Assembly (NCBI GenBank): GCA_965223295.1
Contig: CBDCWC010000002.1
Location: 1,088,001-1,152,000, forward strand
Length of the DNA stretch: 64,000 nucleotides
Direction: 5' to 3'
Source of the DNA: Nitrospirales bacterium
Lineage (GTDB): Bacteria > Nitrospirota > Nitrospiria > Nitrospirales > UBA8639
Shown: positions 10,244 through 19,957 of the stretch, piece after piece
How the letters are laid out: each line of letters begins with the position of its first letter
Numbering within the stretch: the stretch's first letter is position 1
Translations under genes and position numbers: made by a program
Notes under the pieces: generated by a model
Databases searched by the model: none
Told to the model about the DNA's origin: nothing
What the model saw: only the letters and a program-made list of their open reading frames with translations

Positions 10244-11110
10244 CTACCTGAACACTGATGGTGAGTCGGATTCCGAAACATGAATTGGAGCAGCTTTCCC
10301 AACAATGGCAATATCAGCTTTATTGGCGAGAGATAACACCTCTTCACGATCAAGCACAACCGTTTTTCCAGCTTCAATCGCCAAAACAGAAGCTTGGGCT
10401 GTAATCATCGTACGAATGGTTTGAGGACCGATAGCCGGCAAATCAAATCGCAAATCTTGGTGCGGTTTTGTCCGCTTGACGACGACGCCTCCCTTTCCAG
10501 CTAGCGCCCCGCCCCGCGTAACTGCCTCATCTGTACCCTCAACCGCTTCAACCGCAACAATGACGCGATCTTTGACTACCACGCATTGCCCAATATCAAG
10601 GGCCCCTAAGGTCTCAAGTGTTTCCCAGCCAAATTGGATGTCGCCTTCTTCCTTTATGTTAGGGGATTTTTTAGTCAGCACCCCTTCATCCGCTAATATT
10701 CCTTCTAAACCAAACGTCGATTCACAAATCTCAATGCCCTCTTTTTCTAATTCACCAGCCACCTCTCGTAAAATGGCATCATCTTTCCAGTACTTCAAAC
10801 GACTGAAAATCGCTAAGGCTCGAAGATCAGGACGGAACGTAGTAAACACATTCGCCTTTTTGATGCCACCCAACATCACAGCCTGACGAACACCGTCTTT
10901 TTTTAACGCAGCAAGCGCTTTACTAAACTGGCCAATTTTCAGCCAGTGAATATGTTCAACGTAAGATTCGAGTTCCGGAAGGGTAGAGCCGATATGAGCG
11001 ATGGCAGAAACAGAAAAACCTAAACGACGAACATTCTCAGCAAAAATAATGGGAAAGCGCCCATCTCCCGCAATCAATCCAATACGCTTGCCATCCTCAG
11101 GCGGGTTCAC
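10244..11110 (-). CDS. lpxI: UDP-2,3-diacylglucosamine diphosphatase LpxI
   Basis: GLIAGDGRFP, DIGQCVVV, VEAVEGTD and QDLRFDLPAIGP motifs. Confidence 0.92.
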   Translation of the reverse strand: MNPPEDGKRIGLIAGDGRFPIIFAENVRRLGFSVSAIAHIGSTLPELESYVEHIHWLKIGQFSKALAALKKDGVRQAVMLGGIKKANVFTTFRPDLRALAIFSRLKYWKDDAILREVAGELEKEGIEICESTFGLEGILADEGVLTKKSPNIKEEGDIQFGWETLETLGALDIGQCVVVKDRVIVAVEAVEGTDEAVTRGGALAGKGGVVVKRTKPHQDLRFDLPAIGPQTIRTMITAQASVLAIEAGKTVVLDREEVLSLANKADIAIVGKAAPIHVSESDSPSVFR

Positions 11111-11139
11111 GACAGATGCTCGAGATTGCCAGACAACTT

Positions 11140-11949
11140 TTATTCTTCATCTTCGTCCAATTCCCGGGAGGAAACCTGACAAATTCCACGACTTGTGCTT
11201 TCTAAAAATGTGAGCAAACTCAACACATCGGTACTTTCACCATAGTCATTTCTGGCTAATTTTATAGCCTCCTGAAGTCGATGGCCCTGTCGAAATAACA
11301 ACTCAAATGCAGACTTCAGCGTTGTCATTCGTACGGCTGAAAACCCATGCCTGCGCAGTGCAATCGTATTTAAGCCAAACATTTGCGCCCGATAGCCACC
11401 TGCCGCCCGAACAAAAGGCGGAACGTCCCGACCTAACGCCGAGCAACCACCCACCATCGCATATTCTCCAATCCGGACATATTGATGGACACCCACTAGT
11501 CCTCCAATGACGACAGAATTTCCTACAGAAACGTGCCCCGCTAGATTCGCCGCATTCGCCATCACAATATGGTTGCCGAGCTCGCAGTCATGGGCTACAT
11601 GGGTATAGGCCATTAAAAAGTTATGGTGTCCAATCCGGGTGGTCCCATTTCCAAATACGGTGCCCCGGTTAATGGTGACGTTTTCACGAATAATATTATG
11701 ATCTCCAATACAAACCTTCGTTGGCTCATCTTTATATTGCAGATGTTGTGGCGGGGTGCCAATCGACACAAAGGGAGAAATCCGGCAACATCGCCCAATC
11801 TCCGTGTACCCTTCAATGCACACATGAGGAGCCAACTCCGTCTGATCGCCAATCGTCACATATTCACCAATCACACAATACGGGCCAACACTCACGTCTT
11901 CTCCAATATTCGCTTTGGGATGGACAATGGCTGTAGGATGAATGTTCAT
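11140..11949 (-). CDS. lpxA: Acyl-ACP--UDP-GlcNAc acyltransferase
   Basis: IHPTAIV hexapeptide repeats, IRENVTINRGT, HVAHDC, LAGHV, GVHQY. Confidence 0.95.
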   Translation of the reverse strand: MNIHPTAIVHPKANIGEDVSVGPYCVIGEYVTIGDQTELAPHVCIEGYTEIGRCCRISPFVSIGTPPQHLQYKDEPTKVCIGDHNIIRENVTINRGTVFGNGTTRIGHHNFLMAYTHVAHDCELGNHIVMANAANLAGHVSVGNSVVIGGLVGVHQYVRIGEYAMVGGCSALGRDVPPFVRAAGGYRAQMFGLNTIALRRHGFSAVRMTTLKSAFELLFRQGHRLQEAIKLARNDYGESTDVLSLLTFLESTSRGICQVSSRELDEDEE

Positions 11950-12010
11950 AACACTCTCATTTTAAGAATGAATAATTGAGGAGTACGAGCGAGCTTCGAA
12001 GGGCATACCG

Positions 12011-12469
12011 TCAGGTAGACTTTTCCTCTTCATCTCTTACCATCGCTGTCATTTCACTTTCACAGACTAATACTGAATCAACCGTGATGCGACCAGCCAT
12101 TTTCCAGAATGGATCTTTTCTCCGTAACACTTCCACTTCCACCTGCAACTGATCGCCAGGAACAACAGGGCGACGAAACTTAGCCTTTTCGATGCCGGTA
12201 AGAAAAACTGTTGGCCTGCCTTCACCCTCGGCGGTCTTTCTCGCTAAGACTCCGCCGACCTGGGCCATCACTTCGAGTAGTAAGACACCCGGCATAATCG
12301 GCTGCCCAGGAAAATGGCCCTGGAAAAATTCTTCATTCGCAGTGACATTTTTTAGGCCAACAATTTGTTTCCCTTTCTCTAATTCAAGAATTCTATCCAC
12401 CAAGAGAAACGGATAACGGTGAGGTAATACTGCTTGGATTGCAAGAATATCCAATTCCATTTGTGCCAT
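12011..12469 (-). CDS. fabZ: 3-hydroxyacyl-ACP dehydratase
   Basis: LPHRYPFLLVDR and FFQGHFPG.PIMPGVL motifs. Confidence 0.97.
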   Translation of the reverse strand: MAQMELDILAIQAVLPHRYPFLLVDRILELEKGKQIVGLKNVTANEEFFQGHFPGQPIMPGVLLLEVMAQVGGVLARKTAEGEGRPTVFLTGIEKAKFRRPVVPGDQLQVEVEVLRRKDPFWKMAGRITVDSVLVCESEMTAMVRDEEEKST

Positions 12470-12546
12470 GTATGGTTCTCCTTACGTCCCTAGTCTTCCA
12501 CAGCTTCACGTTTCTACATCAATTGAACAAGAGCCCAGGAAAGGCA

Positions 12547-13128
12547 TTATGGACTCTGATTCAATCGCTGAATCACATCAGAGGAAATGTCCCAACTCTC
12601 TTGATGGAACAAGGTTCCAGAATTGACGCCATGCTCCAACACCAATCCGAGATTTCGATCCTTGGCCAGCTCTGCGACAACATCACTCACCTCTCGGCGA
12701 AATTCATTGCGCAACTCTACTTGTTTTTCCTGAACCTCACGATTCAATTCAGCAATTTTCTGCTGATACGCCCCCATCTTTTGGCGAAACTGTTCTTCTT
12801 TAACTTGTCTGGCTGTCTGACTCAGTACAGTGCTTTGAGCTCGCAATTCATCTTCAAGGTCACGCAACTCTTTCTGTTCCAATTCCACAAGTATCTGGCG
12901 ATCTTTCATAAAGGCATCTAGTTTTTCAGAAAGCTGTTGTCCCTTCTCCGTTTCCTGCAAAATTCGTTGAGGGTCCACTACGCCAATCACAAGGTTTGGA
13001 GCTTGCTCACCCTGCACTGAGGCACAACTCCAACACAGCATACCCAAAAATAGCAGACTGATGATAGAGCCGTTCCTGATTGTGAATATCTGCCCCTCTG
13101 CGATTCTCCCACCATTATGACTTCTCAT
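12547..13128 (-). CDS. skp: OmpH/Skp periplasmic chaperone
   Basis: Signal peptide, IGVVD, coiled-coil body, DIS.DVI..LN end. Lies directly after bamA. Confidence 0.85.
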   Translation of the reverse strand: MRSHNGGRIAEGQIFTIRNGSIISLLFLGMLCWSCASVQGEQAPNLVIGVVDPQRILQETEKGQQLSEKLDAFMKDRQILVELEQKELRDLEDELRAQSTVLSQTARQVKEEQFRQKMGAYQQKIAELNREVQEKQVELRNEFRREVSDVVAELAKDRNLGLVLEHGVNSGTLFHQESWDISSDVIQRLNQSP

Positions 13129-13161
13129 GTCACCTCATTTCATATGTGAGGAAACCTCTGT

Positions 13162-15426
13162 TCAAAATACTGACCCAACGGAAAATTCGAAGACTCCCAG
13201 CTTTTCCTTCGGCCGTCGATCGAGGTTAAACCCATATGCCGCACGGAGCGGACCAAATGGAGAAATCCATCGCACTTCCACTCCTGCAGCCTTTCTGAGA
13301 TTAAGATCTAAGCTCTCCCCTTTGGCAAATCCCTTTCCATAGTCGAAAAAGACCACGCCATTTAATTTTGCATCAGGCAAAAGAGGAAAAATCAAATCAT
13401 TGTTAAAAATTAGCTGTTTATTTCCTCCTGCTGCCGTCCTTTTGCTGGTCACCGGGCCAGCTCGGCCAAATTTGAACCCTCGCACCGTGTTAATACCGCC
13501 CACGAAAAAGAACTCTGGAACAGGTAGCCTTTCACCAGAAAACCCCTGTCCAACACCAATACGGCCTCTGATCGCATGACGAAAATCCCAGAAAGGTAAT
13601 GGCGTGTATTTTAACGCATCAAAAGCCACAGTATAAAAGTTATTGGAGCCGCCTAAATGCTCGGTTCCAAGACTGGTCCTCACACCAACCCGTGTCCCCG
13701 TTCGGGGATCTAAGAAAAAATCACGTGAATCCCGAAACAGACTGGCTCGAAATCCTGTCGTCGTTTGAGTACCCTCTTGATCTTCGATAATATCGGGCGC
13801 ATCGGAATCCACATCAGTAATTTTGATTTGCTCCGCGACGAGAGAAAAAGTCCCCGTAATATACTCAGAAAACCCGCGACCTGCTGTTAAATTTGCCCCT
13901 GTTTTTGTTTCAAGATACGTTAAAAAATTGGTGCGGGTACGAAATCCATCAACCTGAAGGGAGGTCAAACTATCAAACAGTGCTGGGTTCCGAAAAGTCA
14001 GAATCCCTAATGTCCGACGCTGTCCAACTTGTCCTCGTATCCGAGCCAAGTAGCCACGCCCCAAAAAGTTCCCCTCGGTAATGTCAGCAATAGCCGTAAA
14101 TTGATCCAACGTACTAAAGCCACCGCCGATACTGAAGGAACCGGTTGGCTTTTCTTTCACTTTGACATCAAGATCAACTTCTCCTGGAGCAATTTGTTTA
14201 GGAAGAATTTCGACGGTTTCGAAAAAGTTTAAATTATTCAGTCGTTCAAAGCTACGTTTAATAGCCGGTGAATCAATCATGTCCCGTTCATCCACACGCA
14301 ACTCTCGACGGATCACATTATCTCGTGTCTTATTGTTGCCCGTAATGCGAATATCTTTAATTCGTACCATTTCTCCCTCCTCAATCGAAAAACCAATCCG
14401 TGCACTTCGGGTCGCAGGATCAGGTTCAATTGAAGGGGTCGCGTCGGCAAAGGCATATCCTCGGCTCCCGTACAAATCTGTCAACCGCGTGATCTCGTCT
14501 CTGATTTTGGCACGCTGAAACACATCACCCGGTTGAATATCCAACTCTTCCCGCAATTCTTCCTCAGAAAATACCTCATTCCCCTCATACTGAATCTGAC
14601 TCACAATATAGGGTTCGCCTTCGACTATTGGAAACACCAGCGTAAACCATTCCTGGGTTTCGTCTAAATCAATACTAGGACTGCCTACCTGAACATCCAG
14701 GTAACCTCGATTCATATACACTTCTTTAATGCGTTCAACATCATTTGGAATTTCCTTGCGCCGCAAAATTCCGGCATCGGAAAAAATAGACCACGGCCAC
14801 GACCATTCCTGGTTAGCCATAAAGGCGGTCAAATCTTCGTGTTCCAGCACTTTTCGTCCTTCAAACGTAATGGTTTGAATATGAGCTGGCTCACCTTCTT
14901 CAATATAGTAGGTCAAACGGGCTTGGTTCTCTTCAATCATATCTACAATTGGAATAATTTGGACATGATAATAACCCTTTTCCTGATACAATTGGCGGAA
15001 CTCTTCGACCGAAACTTTGACTTGCTCCTGATCCAAAAAGGTTTGGTTGCGGATAGCATTTTTTTCGCCAAGTTTATCATCCGATAATTCGTCATTTCCG
15101 TCATACACCACTTCAACCGTAAAGGGTTTTTCTTTTACACGAAATTCCACCATGACTCCGTTTGCTGTTGTGGTCGTATCCACATCGACGTCCTCAAAAA
15201 ACCCCATATTATAGATTTTTTGAATTTGTTCGCGAACAAGCTCCCGAGAAAAAGCCTCGCCTGTCTTGATCGACAACTTACTCACAATAGCCTGGCTTTC
15301 AATATGATGATTACCTTCTATTTGAATTTGCTGAATGACATTTTCTACCTCTTGGGCCCATGCAAAACTCTGAAAAAAAACCAGAAAAATCAGGGCCGGA
15401 GCCAAAGCAAAGGCCCTTCTCTTCAC
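13162..15426 (-). CDS. bamA: Outer membrane protein assembly factor BamA
   Basis: Five POTRA-like repeats, VRGF motif, W.SPFGPLR and C-terminal Phe. Start uncertain (GTG at 15426 assumed; ORF open to 15546). Confidence 0.93.
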   Translation of the reverse strand: MKRRAFALAPALIFLVFFQSFAWAQEVENVIQQIQIEGNHHIESQAIVSKLSIKTGEAFSRELVREQIQKIYNMGFFEDVDVDTTTTANGVMVEFRVKEKPFTVEVVYDGNDELSDDKLGEKNAIRNQTFLDQEQVKVSVEEFRQLYQEKGYYHVQIIPIVDMIEENQARLTYYIEEGEPAHIQTITFEGRKVLEHEDLTAFMANQEWSWPWSIFSDAGILRRKEIPNDVERIKEVYMNRGYLDVQVGSPSIDLDETQEWFTLVFPIVEGEPYIVSQIQYEGNEVFSEEELREELDIQPGDVFQRAKIRDEITRLTDLYGSRGYAFADATPSIEPDPATRSARIGFSIEEGEMVRIKDIRITGNNKTRDNVIRRELRVDERDMIDSPAIKRSFERLNNLNFFETVEILPKQIAPGEVDLDVKVKEKPTGSFSIGGGFSTLDQFTAIADITEGNFLGRGYLARIRGQVGQRRTLGILTFRNPALFDSLTSLQVDGFRTRTNFLTYLETKTGANLTAGRGFSEYITGTFSLVAEQIKITDVDSDAPDIIEDQEGTQTTTGFRASLFRDSRDFFLDPRTGTRVGVRTSLGTEHLGGSNNFYTVAFDALKYTPLPFWDFRHAIRGRIGVGQGFSGERLPVPEFFFVGGINTVRGFKFGRAGPVTSKRTAAGGNKQLIFNNDLIFPLLPDAKLNGVVFFDYGKGFAKGESLDLNLRKAAGVEVRWISPFGPLRAAYGFNLDRRPKEKLGVFEFSVGSVF

Positions 15427-15772
15427 GGGGACGGAACTAGGAGACAAACTTATCAGTTTGAAAATGGAATCATCTCGTCCCCAAAAGCATTGAAACATGT
15501 TTGTTTTCTGAAAAATATTACGCGGCGAGCAAGAAAAGACCAACAAGAGAATACGGGAGCAGCAAAAGATGCGATGGCGGCCTTAGATTGATCCCCTAAC
15601 GTGAATGCATGATGCTGGCCATAAATGAGGGGAGCCTGCCCAATGCTAGGGTTGGGAATTCTCAAAAAAACTGCTGAGGGATTATATTCATGCTGTGATT
15701 CCTTGTAAAGTAAACGACATGAATTGCAGCAGGCTGGGTTGTTGCACGTAAGAGATGCATGAGCAACAAACC

Positions 15773-15802
15773 TTGACAACTTTTTTCACCTTCTCCTAGT
15801 AT
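15773..15802 (+). promoter_or_regulatory. Putative sigma70 promoter of lon
   Basis: TTGACA-N18-TAGTAT about 90 bp upstream of the lon ATG. Confidence 0.5.
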
Positions 15803-15891
15803 CGGAATCGGCGCTATCAAGGAATTTGGATATCCCGAGCTCAGGTGTCTTTCTCCTTTGCCGTCATCAAAAAATCCATGGATAGTTTGAC

Positions 15892-18366
15892 ATGACTGAA
15901 GACGAGTCTGAATTCGCCCCACCTTCCGTTGAGCAGATCCCCGAAGCATTACCGCTCCTGCCTGTTCGTGACATTGTTATTTTTCCATATATGGTACTTC
16001 CACTGTTTGTCGGACGCGACCTTTCGATCAAAGCTATCGAAGCCGCCCTTTCCTCTGACCGATTGATTGTTCTGACCACTCAAAAGAATCAAGAAACTGA
16101 ACAACCGAATTTTGATGACCTCCATCATGTCGGAACTGTTGGCGTCATCATGCGCATGCTAAAGCTCCCAGACGAGCGCATCAAAGTACTCGTGCAAGGA
16201 GTCGCAAAAGCCCGCATTCAGGAAGTCATTCAATCAGATCCGTTCTTCTCGGTGAAACTCCAAACCATTACCGAAAAACCAGGGACTGCAGCCCCGTTAG
16301 AACACGAAGCCACCGTTCGTTCCGCTCGGGAAGGTTTAGAAAAATTGCTTGGGTTGGGCAAGGTCATTATGCCTGACGTCCTCACCGTCATTGAAAATCT
16401 GGATGATCCTGGTCGCTTAGCTGATATTATCGCCTCCAACCTTGGACTTAAAATCGACAATACACAAGAAATTTTAGAAATTGAATGCCCCCTGACTCGA
16501 TTGAAACGAGTCAATGAAATACTTGGCAAAGAACTGGAAGTCTTATCGATGCAGCAGAAGATCCAGGCCGATGCCAAAGGCGAGATGGATAAAACTCAAC
16601 GAGAATATTTCCTTCGAGAGCAACTCAAAGCCATCCAAAAGGAATTGGGAGAACTGGATGACCGCGGCGAAGAAGTGGCAGATTTTCGCAATCGTATTCA
16701 AGAAGCCAACATGCCTGAAAAAGTGCTGAAAGAATCGGAAAAACAACTCAAGCGATTGGAAAAAATGCACCAGGATTCAGCAGAGGCCGGCACAATCCGG
16801 ACCTATCTGGAATGGCTCGTGGACGTTCCATGGAGCAAGCGTTCAACCGACAATCTTGACCTTGCTCAAGCCTCAACGGTTCTTCACGAAGATCATTACG
16901 ACCTTGAACGTGTCAAAGAACGAATCTTGGAGTATCTCGCCGTCCGCAAACTTAAAGAAAAAATGAAAGGTCCAATTTTGTGCTTTGTGGGGCCACCTGG
17001 CGTCGGCAAAACATCATTAGGAAAATCAATCGCCAGGGCTCTGGGTCGTGAATTCGTACGGATTAGTCTCGGCGGCACAAGAGATGAAGCCGAAATCCGC
17101 GGACACCGCCGCACCTACGTCGGTGCGCTCCCAGGACGGATTATTCAAGGCCTCAAACAAGCCGGCACCATCAATCCGGTCTTCATGTTAGATGAAGTCG
17201 ATAAGATGAATATGGACTTTCGTGGAGATCCATCGGCAGCGTTACTAGAAGTTTTGGATCCTGAACAGAACAACGCCTTTGTCGACCACTATCTCGGAGT
17301 CCCTGTCGACTTGAGCGAAGTGATATTTATTACCACCGCAAATTTAACAGACCCCATCCTGTCTGCCCTACGCGACCGCATGGAGATCATAGACATTCCA
17401 GGGTACTCTCAAGAAGAAAAGTTTGGCATCGCTCAACGCTATCTGGTTCCTCGACAATTAGAGGAACATGGTATCACTAATGAACATCTCCATCTCACAG
17501 ACGGTGGACTAACACAAATTATTTCTTCTTATACCAGAGAAGCCGGTGTTCGTAATTTGGAGAGAGAGCTGGCTCATGTCATGCGAAAAATTGCCAAACG
17601 CATAGCTGAGGGAAATATTAAACAGTATCGCGTGACACCAAGAAATCTTCATCAGTACCTAGGCGTTCCCAAATTCGTTCCGGACCAGGAGCAAGAAAAA
17701 GACGAAATCGGTGTTGCCACAGGACTTGCTTGGACGGAAACTGGTGGGGATGTCTTATATGTGGAAGCCTCAACAAGCAAAGGCAAAGGCCAGTTGACCT
17801 TGACTGGTCATCTTGGAGAAGTCATGAAAGAATCCGCTCACGCGGCTTTGAGTTATATCCGGTCACAGGCAGCACGTTTGGGAATTGACGCTAGCCTCTT
17901 TTCCAAACAAGATCTCCACATCCATGTACCGGCCGGCGCCATTCCTAAAGATGGCCCCTCTGCCGGCATTACGATTGCCACGGCTTTGGCTTCCTGTCTA
18001 AGTAACATCCCAGTAAAACGTCATATTGCAATGACTGGAGAAATTACCTTACGCGGCCGCATTCTCCCTATCGGCGGATTAAAGGAAAAAGTGTTGGCTG
18101 CCAAACGCGCACATATCGAAACCTTGATCATTCCCAAACGTAACAAAAAGGACATGGACGATATTCCCAAACATCTCTTACGCGGACTGGAATTTATCTT
18201 CGTAGACACCATGGCTGAGGTACTCAAAACAGCCCTACGTGCAAAAGCCAGCCATAAGCTCAAAACCACAAGCATTACTTCGCCAACCTCTTCAGAACGT
18301 CGTAAAAAGATCGCGGCCTCTACCACACGATTACCTGGACGGCAAAAGGTTACCAAGGCTTCTTGA
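15892..18366 (+). CDS. lon: ATP-dependent Lon protease
   Basis: LPLLPVRD N-domain, GPPGVGKTS, RGHRRTYVGA, PKDGPSAG catalytic Ser, GGLKEK. Confidence 0.97.
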   Translation: MTEDESEFAPPSVEQIPEALPLLPVRDIVIFPYMVLPLFVGRDLSIKAIEAALSSDRLIVLTTQKNQETEQPNFDDLHHVGTVGVIMRMLKLPDERIKVLVQGVAKARIQEVIQSDPFFSVKLQTITEKPGTAAPLEHEATVRSAREGLEKLLGLGKVIMPDVLTVIENLDDPGRLADIIASNLGLKIDNTQEILEIECPLTRLKRVNEILGKELEVLSMQQKIQADAKGEMDKTQREYFLREQLKAIQKELGELDDRGEEVADFRNRIQEANMPEKVLKESEKQLKRLEKMHQDSAEAGTIRTYLEWLVDVPWSKRSTDNLDLAQASTVLHEDHYDLERVKERILEYLAVRKLKEKMKGPILCFVGPPGVGKTSLGKSIARALGREFVRISLGGTRDEAEIRGHRRTYVGALPGRIIQGLKQAGTINPVFMLDEVDKMNMDFRGDPSAALLEVLDPEQNNAFVDHYLGVPVDLSEVIFITTANLTDPILSALRDRMEIIDIPGYSQEEKFGIAQRYLVPRQLEEHGITNEHLHLTDGGLTQIISSYTREAGVRNLERELAHVMRKIAKRIAEGNIKQYRVTPRNLHQYLGVPKFVPDQEQEKDEIGVATGLAWTETGGDVLYVEASTSKGKGQLTLTGHLGEVMKESAHAALSYIRSQAARLGIDASLFSKQDLHIHVPAGAIPKDGPSAGITIATALASCLSNIPVKRHIAMTGEITLRGRILPIGGLKEKVLAAKRAHIETLIIPKRNKKDMDDIPKHLLRGLEFIFVDTMAEVLKTALRAKASHKLKTTSITSPTSSERRKKIAASTTRLPGRQKVTKAS

Positions 18367-18376
18367 GCCAACCGCT

Positions 18377-19420
18377 ATGTCCCCTATACGCCGCCAGGCG
18401 CGTCTTTCGGATCTTGGGGAACAGACACTCATTCAATCCCTCCCCTCTCAATTTTCGCAGTCCTCATTTTATCCTACAGTCGGCAGGGGAGATGATGCCG
18501 CCATATTGTCTTTGCCACCCTCTCAGCAAGTGGTCATTTCGACAGACCTTCTCGTGGAAGGCATCCACTTTTCGCGGAAAACCGCATCCTTTTACGACAT
18601 TGGGTATAAAGCCGCCGCCGTCAATCTCAGCGATGTTGCCGCAATGGGCGGAACACCAACTGCCATCTTCGTGGCCATCGCCTTACCCCCCTCTCTGACA
18701 TACAAAGATTGGCAAGAGTTCTATCGAGGCTTAGCAGTGCTGTGCCGACCTTTTCATGTTGAACTTCTTGGAGGCGACACCTCTTCTTCATCCACATCAC
18801 TATTTATAGCTTTAACCATTGTGGGTCAGATCAAACCACGAAACATTCTGACTCGAGGCGGCGCGAAAGTGGGCGATCTTATCTATGTCAGTGGCACACT
18901 TGGAGATTCAAAGGCAGGGCTGACGTTTCTCAAAAAATACAAGCGCCTACCTCAAATGTCTACATTGTCAAAGTCAATGAAATATCTCGTACAGCGTCAC
19001 CTACATCCCCTACCTCGAATTCTTCTTGGACAATTGCTTGCATCTAAACCTTACGCTTCATCTGCGATGGATCTGTCAGATGGTTTATCTGGCGACCTTC
19101 GACATCTATGCCGGGAAAGCCGAGTCGGAGCCCTCATTTACGAGGAGCAGATTCCCATGTCTTCACAGATGCAGCGCTATGCCAAACGGATTCGTACAAG
19201 GCCGTTACAATGGGCGCTTCATGGAGCAGAAGACTACGAATTACTCTTTACAGTTCCTCCTCAATGGAAGCAAACCCTAGAGAAGAAAGTTAAAGCAGCT
19301 CGAATAGACATTACACAAATAGGAGTCATTCAACCCAAACGCTATGGCATCCGAATAGAATATCATGACCACACACAGGAGACTCTTCCTCAACAGAGCT
19401 ATGAACACTTCTCCAGCTAA
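18377..19420 (+). CDS. thiL: Thiamine-monophosphate kinase
   Basis: GDDAA, STDLLVEGIHF, NLSDVAAMGG, GGDT, DLSDGL and EDYELLFT motifs. Confidence 0.93.
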   Translation: MSPIRRQARLSDLGEQTLIQSLPSQFSQSSFYPTVGRGDDAAILSLPPSQQVVISTDLLVEGIHFSRKTASFYDIGYKAAAVNLSDVAAMGGTPTAIFVAIALPPSLTYKDWQEFYRGLAVLCRPFHVELLGGDTSSSSTSLFIALTIVGQIKPRNILTRGGAKVGDLIYVSGTLGDSKAGLTFLKKYKRLPQMSTLSKSMKYLVQRHLHPLPRILLGQLLASKPYASSAMDLSDGLSGDLRHLCRESRVGALIYEEQIPMSSQMQRYAKRIRTRPLQWALHGAEDYELLFTVPPQWKQTLEKKVKAARIDITQIGVIQPKRYGIRIEYHDHTQETLPQQSYEHFSS

Positions 19421-19441
19421 ATCATTACGAGAGAAGATTTC

Positions 19442-19912
19442 ATGCTAACGTTGGAATCTTTACGGCAGCGTCTCAAACAAGTCCTTCACCTCCAAGAAAC
19501 TCCACACCGAACAGCACTGGCTTTTGCTATTGGCGCCTTTATTGCCTTTGCCCCCCATTATATGTTTCATACGGCCAGCGCCCTACTTTGCGCCTGGGCC
19601 TTTCGACTAAACTATGTCGCCATCATGCTCGGATCGCTCATTAATAACCCTTGGACTCTCATTCCGATCTTAGCTGCGAGTCTCTACACCGGGTTATTCT
19701 TAATGGGTGAGTCACCTACAATGACCCTTGAATGGAGTCAACTGACTGTGGACAATCTCTTTGAGATGCTGCGGCCATATCTTCTTCCGTTTTTGGTCGG
19801 GGCATGTGCCTTAGCAGTCATCAGCGCCTTGGTGGCCTATCCATTAATGCTTTGGATGATTACCCGTTATCGAAAACTCCGACATCATCAACCTTCCCAC
19901 ATACAGCCATGA
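19442..19912 (+). CDS. DUF2062 family membrane protein
   Basis: TPHRTALAFAIG and NNPWT motifs with hydrophobic helices. Confidence 0.8.
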   Translation: MLTLESLRQRLKQVLHLQETPHRTALAFAIGAFIAFAPHYMFHTASALLCAWAFRLNYVAIMLGSLINNPWTLIPILAASLYTGLFLMGESPTMTLEWSQLTVDNLFEMLRPYLLPFLVGACALAVISALVAYPLMLWMITRYRKLRHHQPSHIQP

Positions 19913-19957
19913 AATTCCTTCAACCACAGAGCTTTTAAGACCATCGAACCAAGAGTC

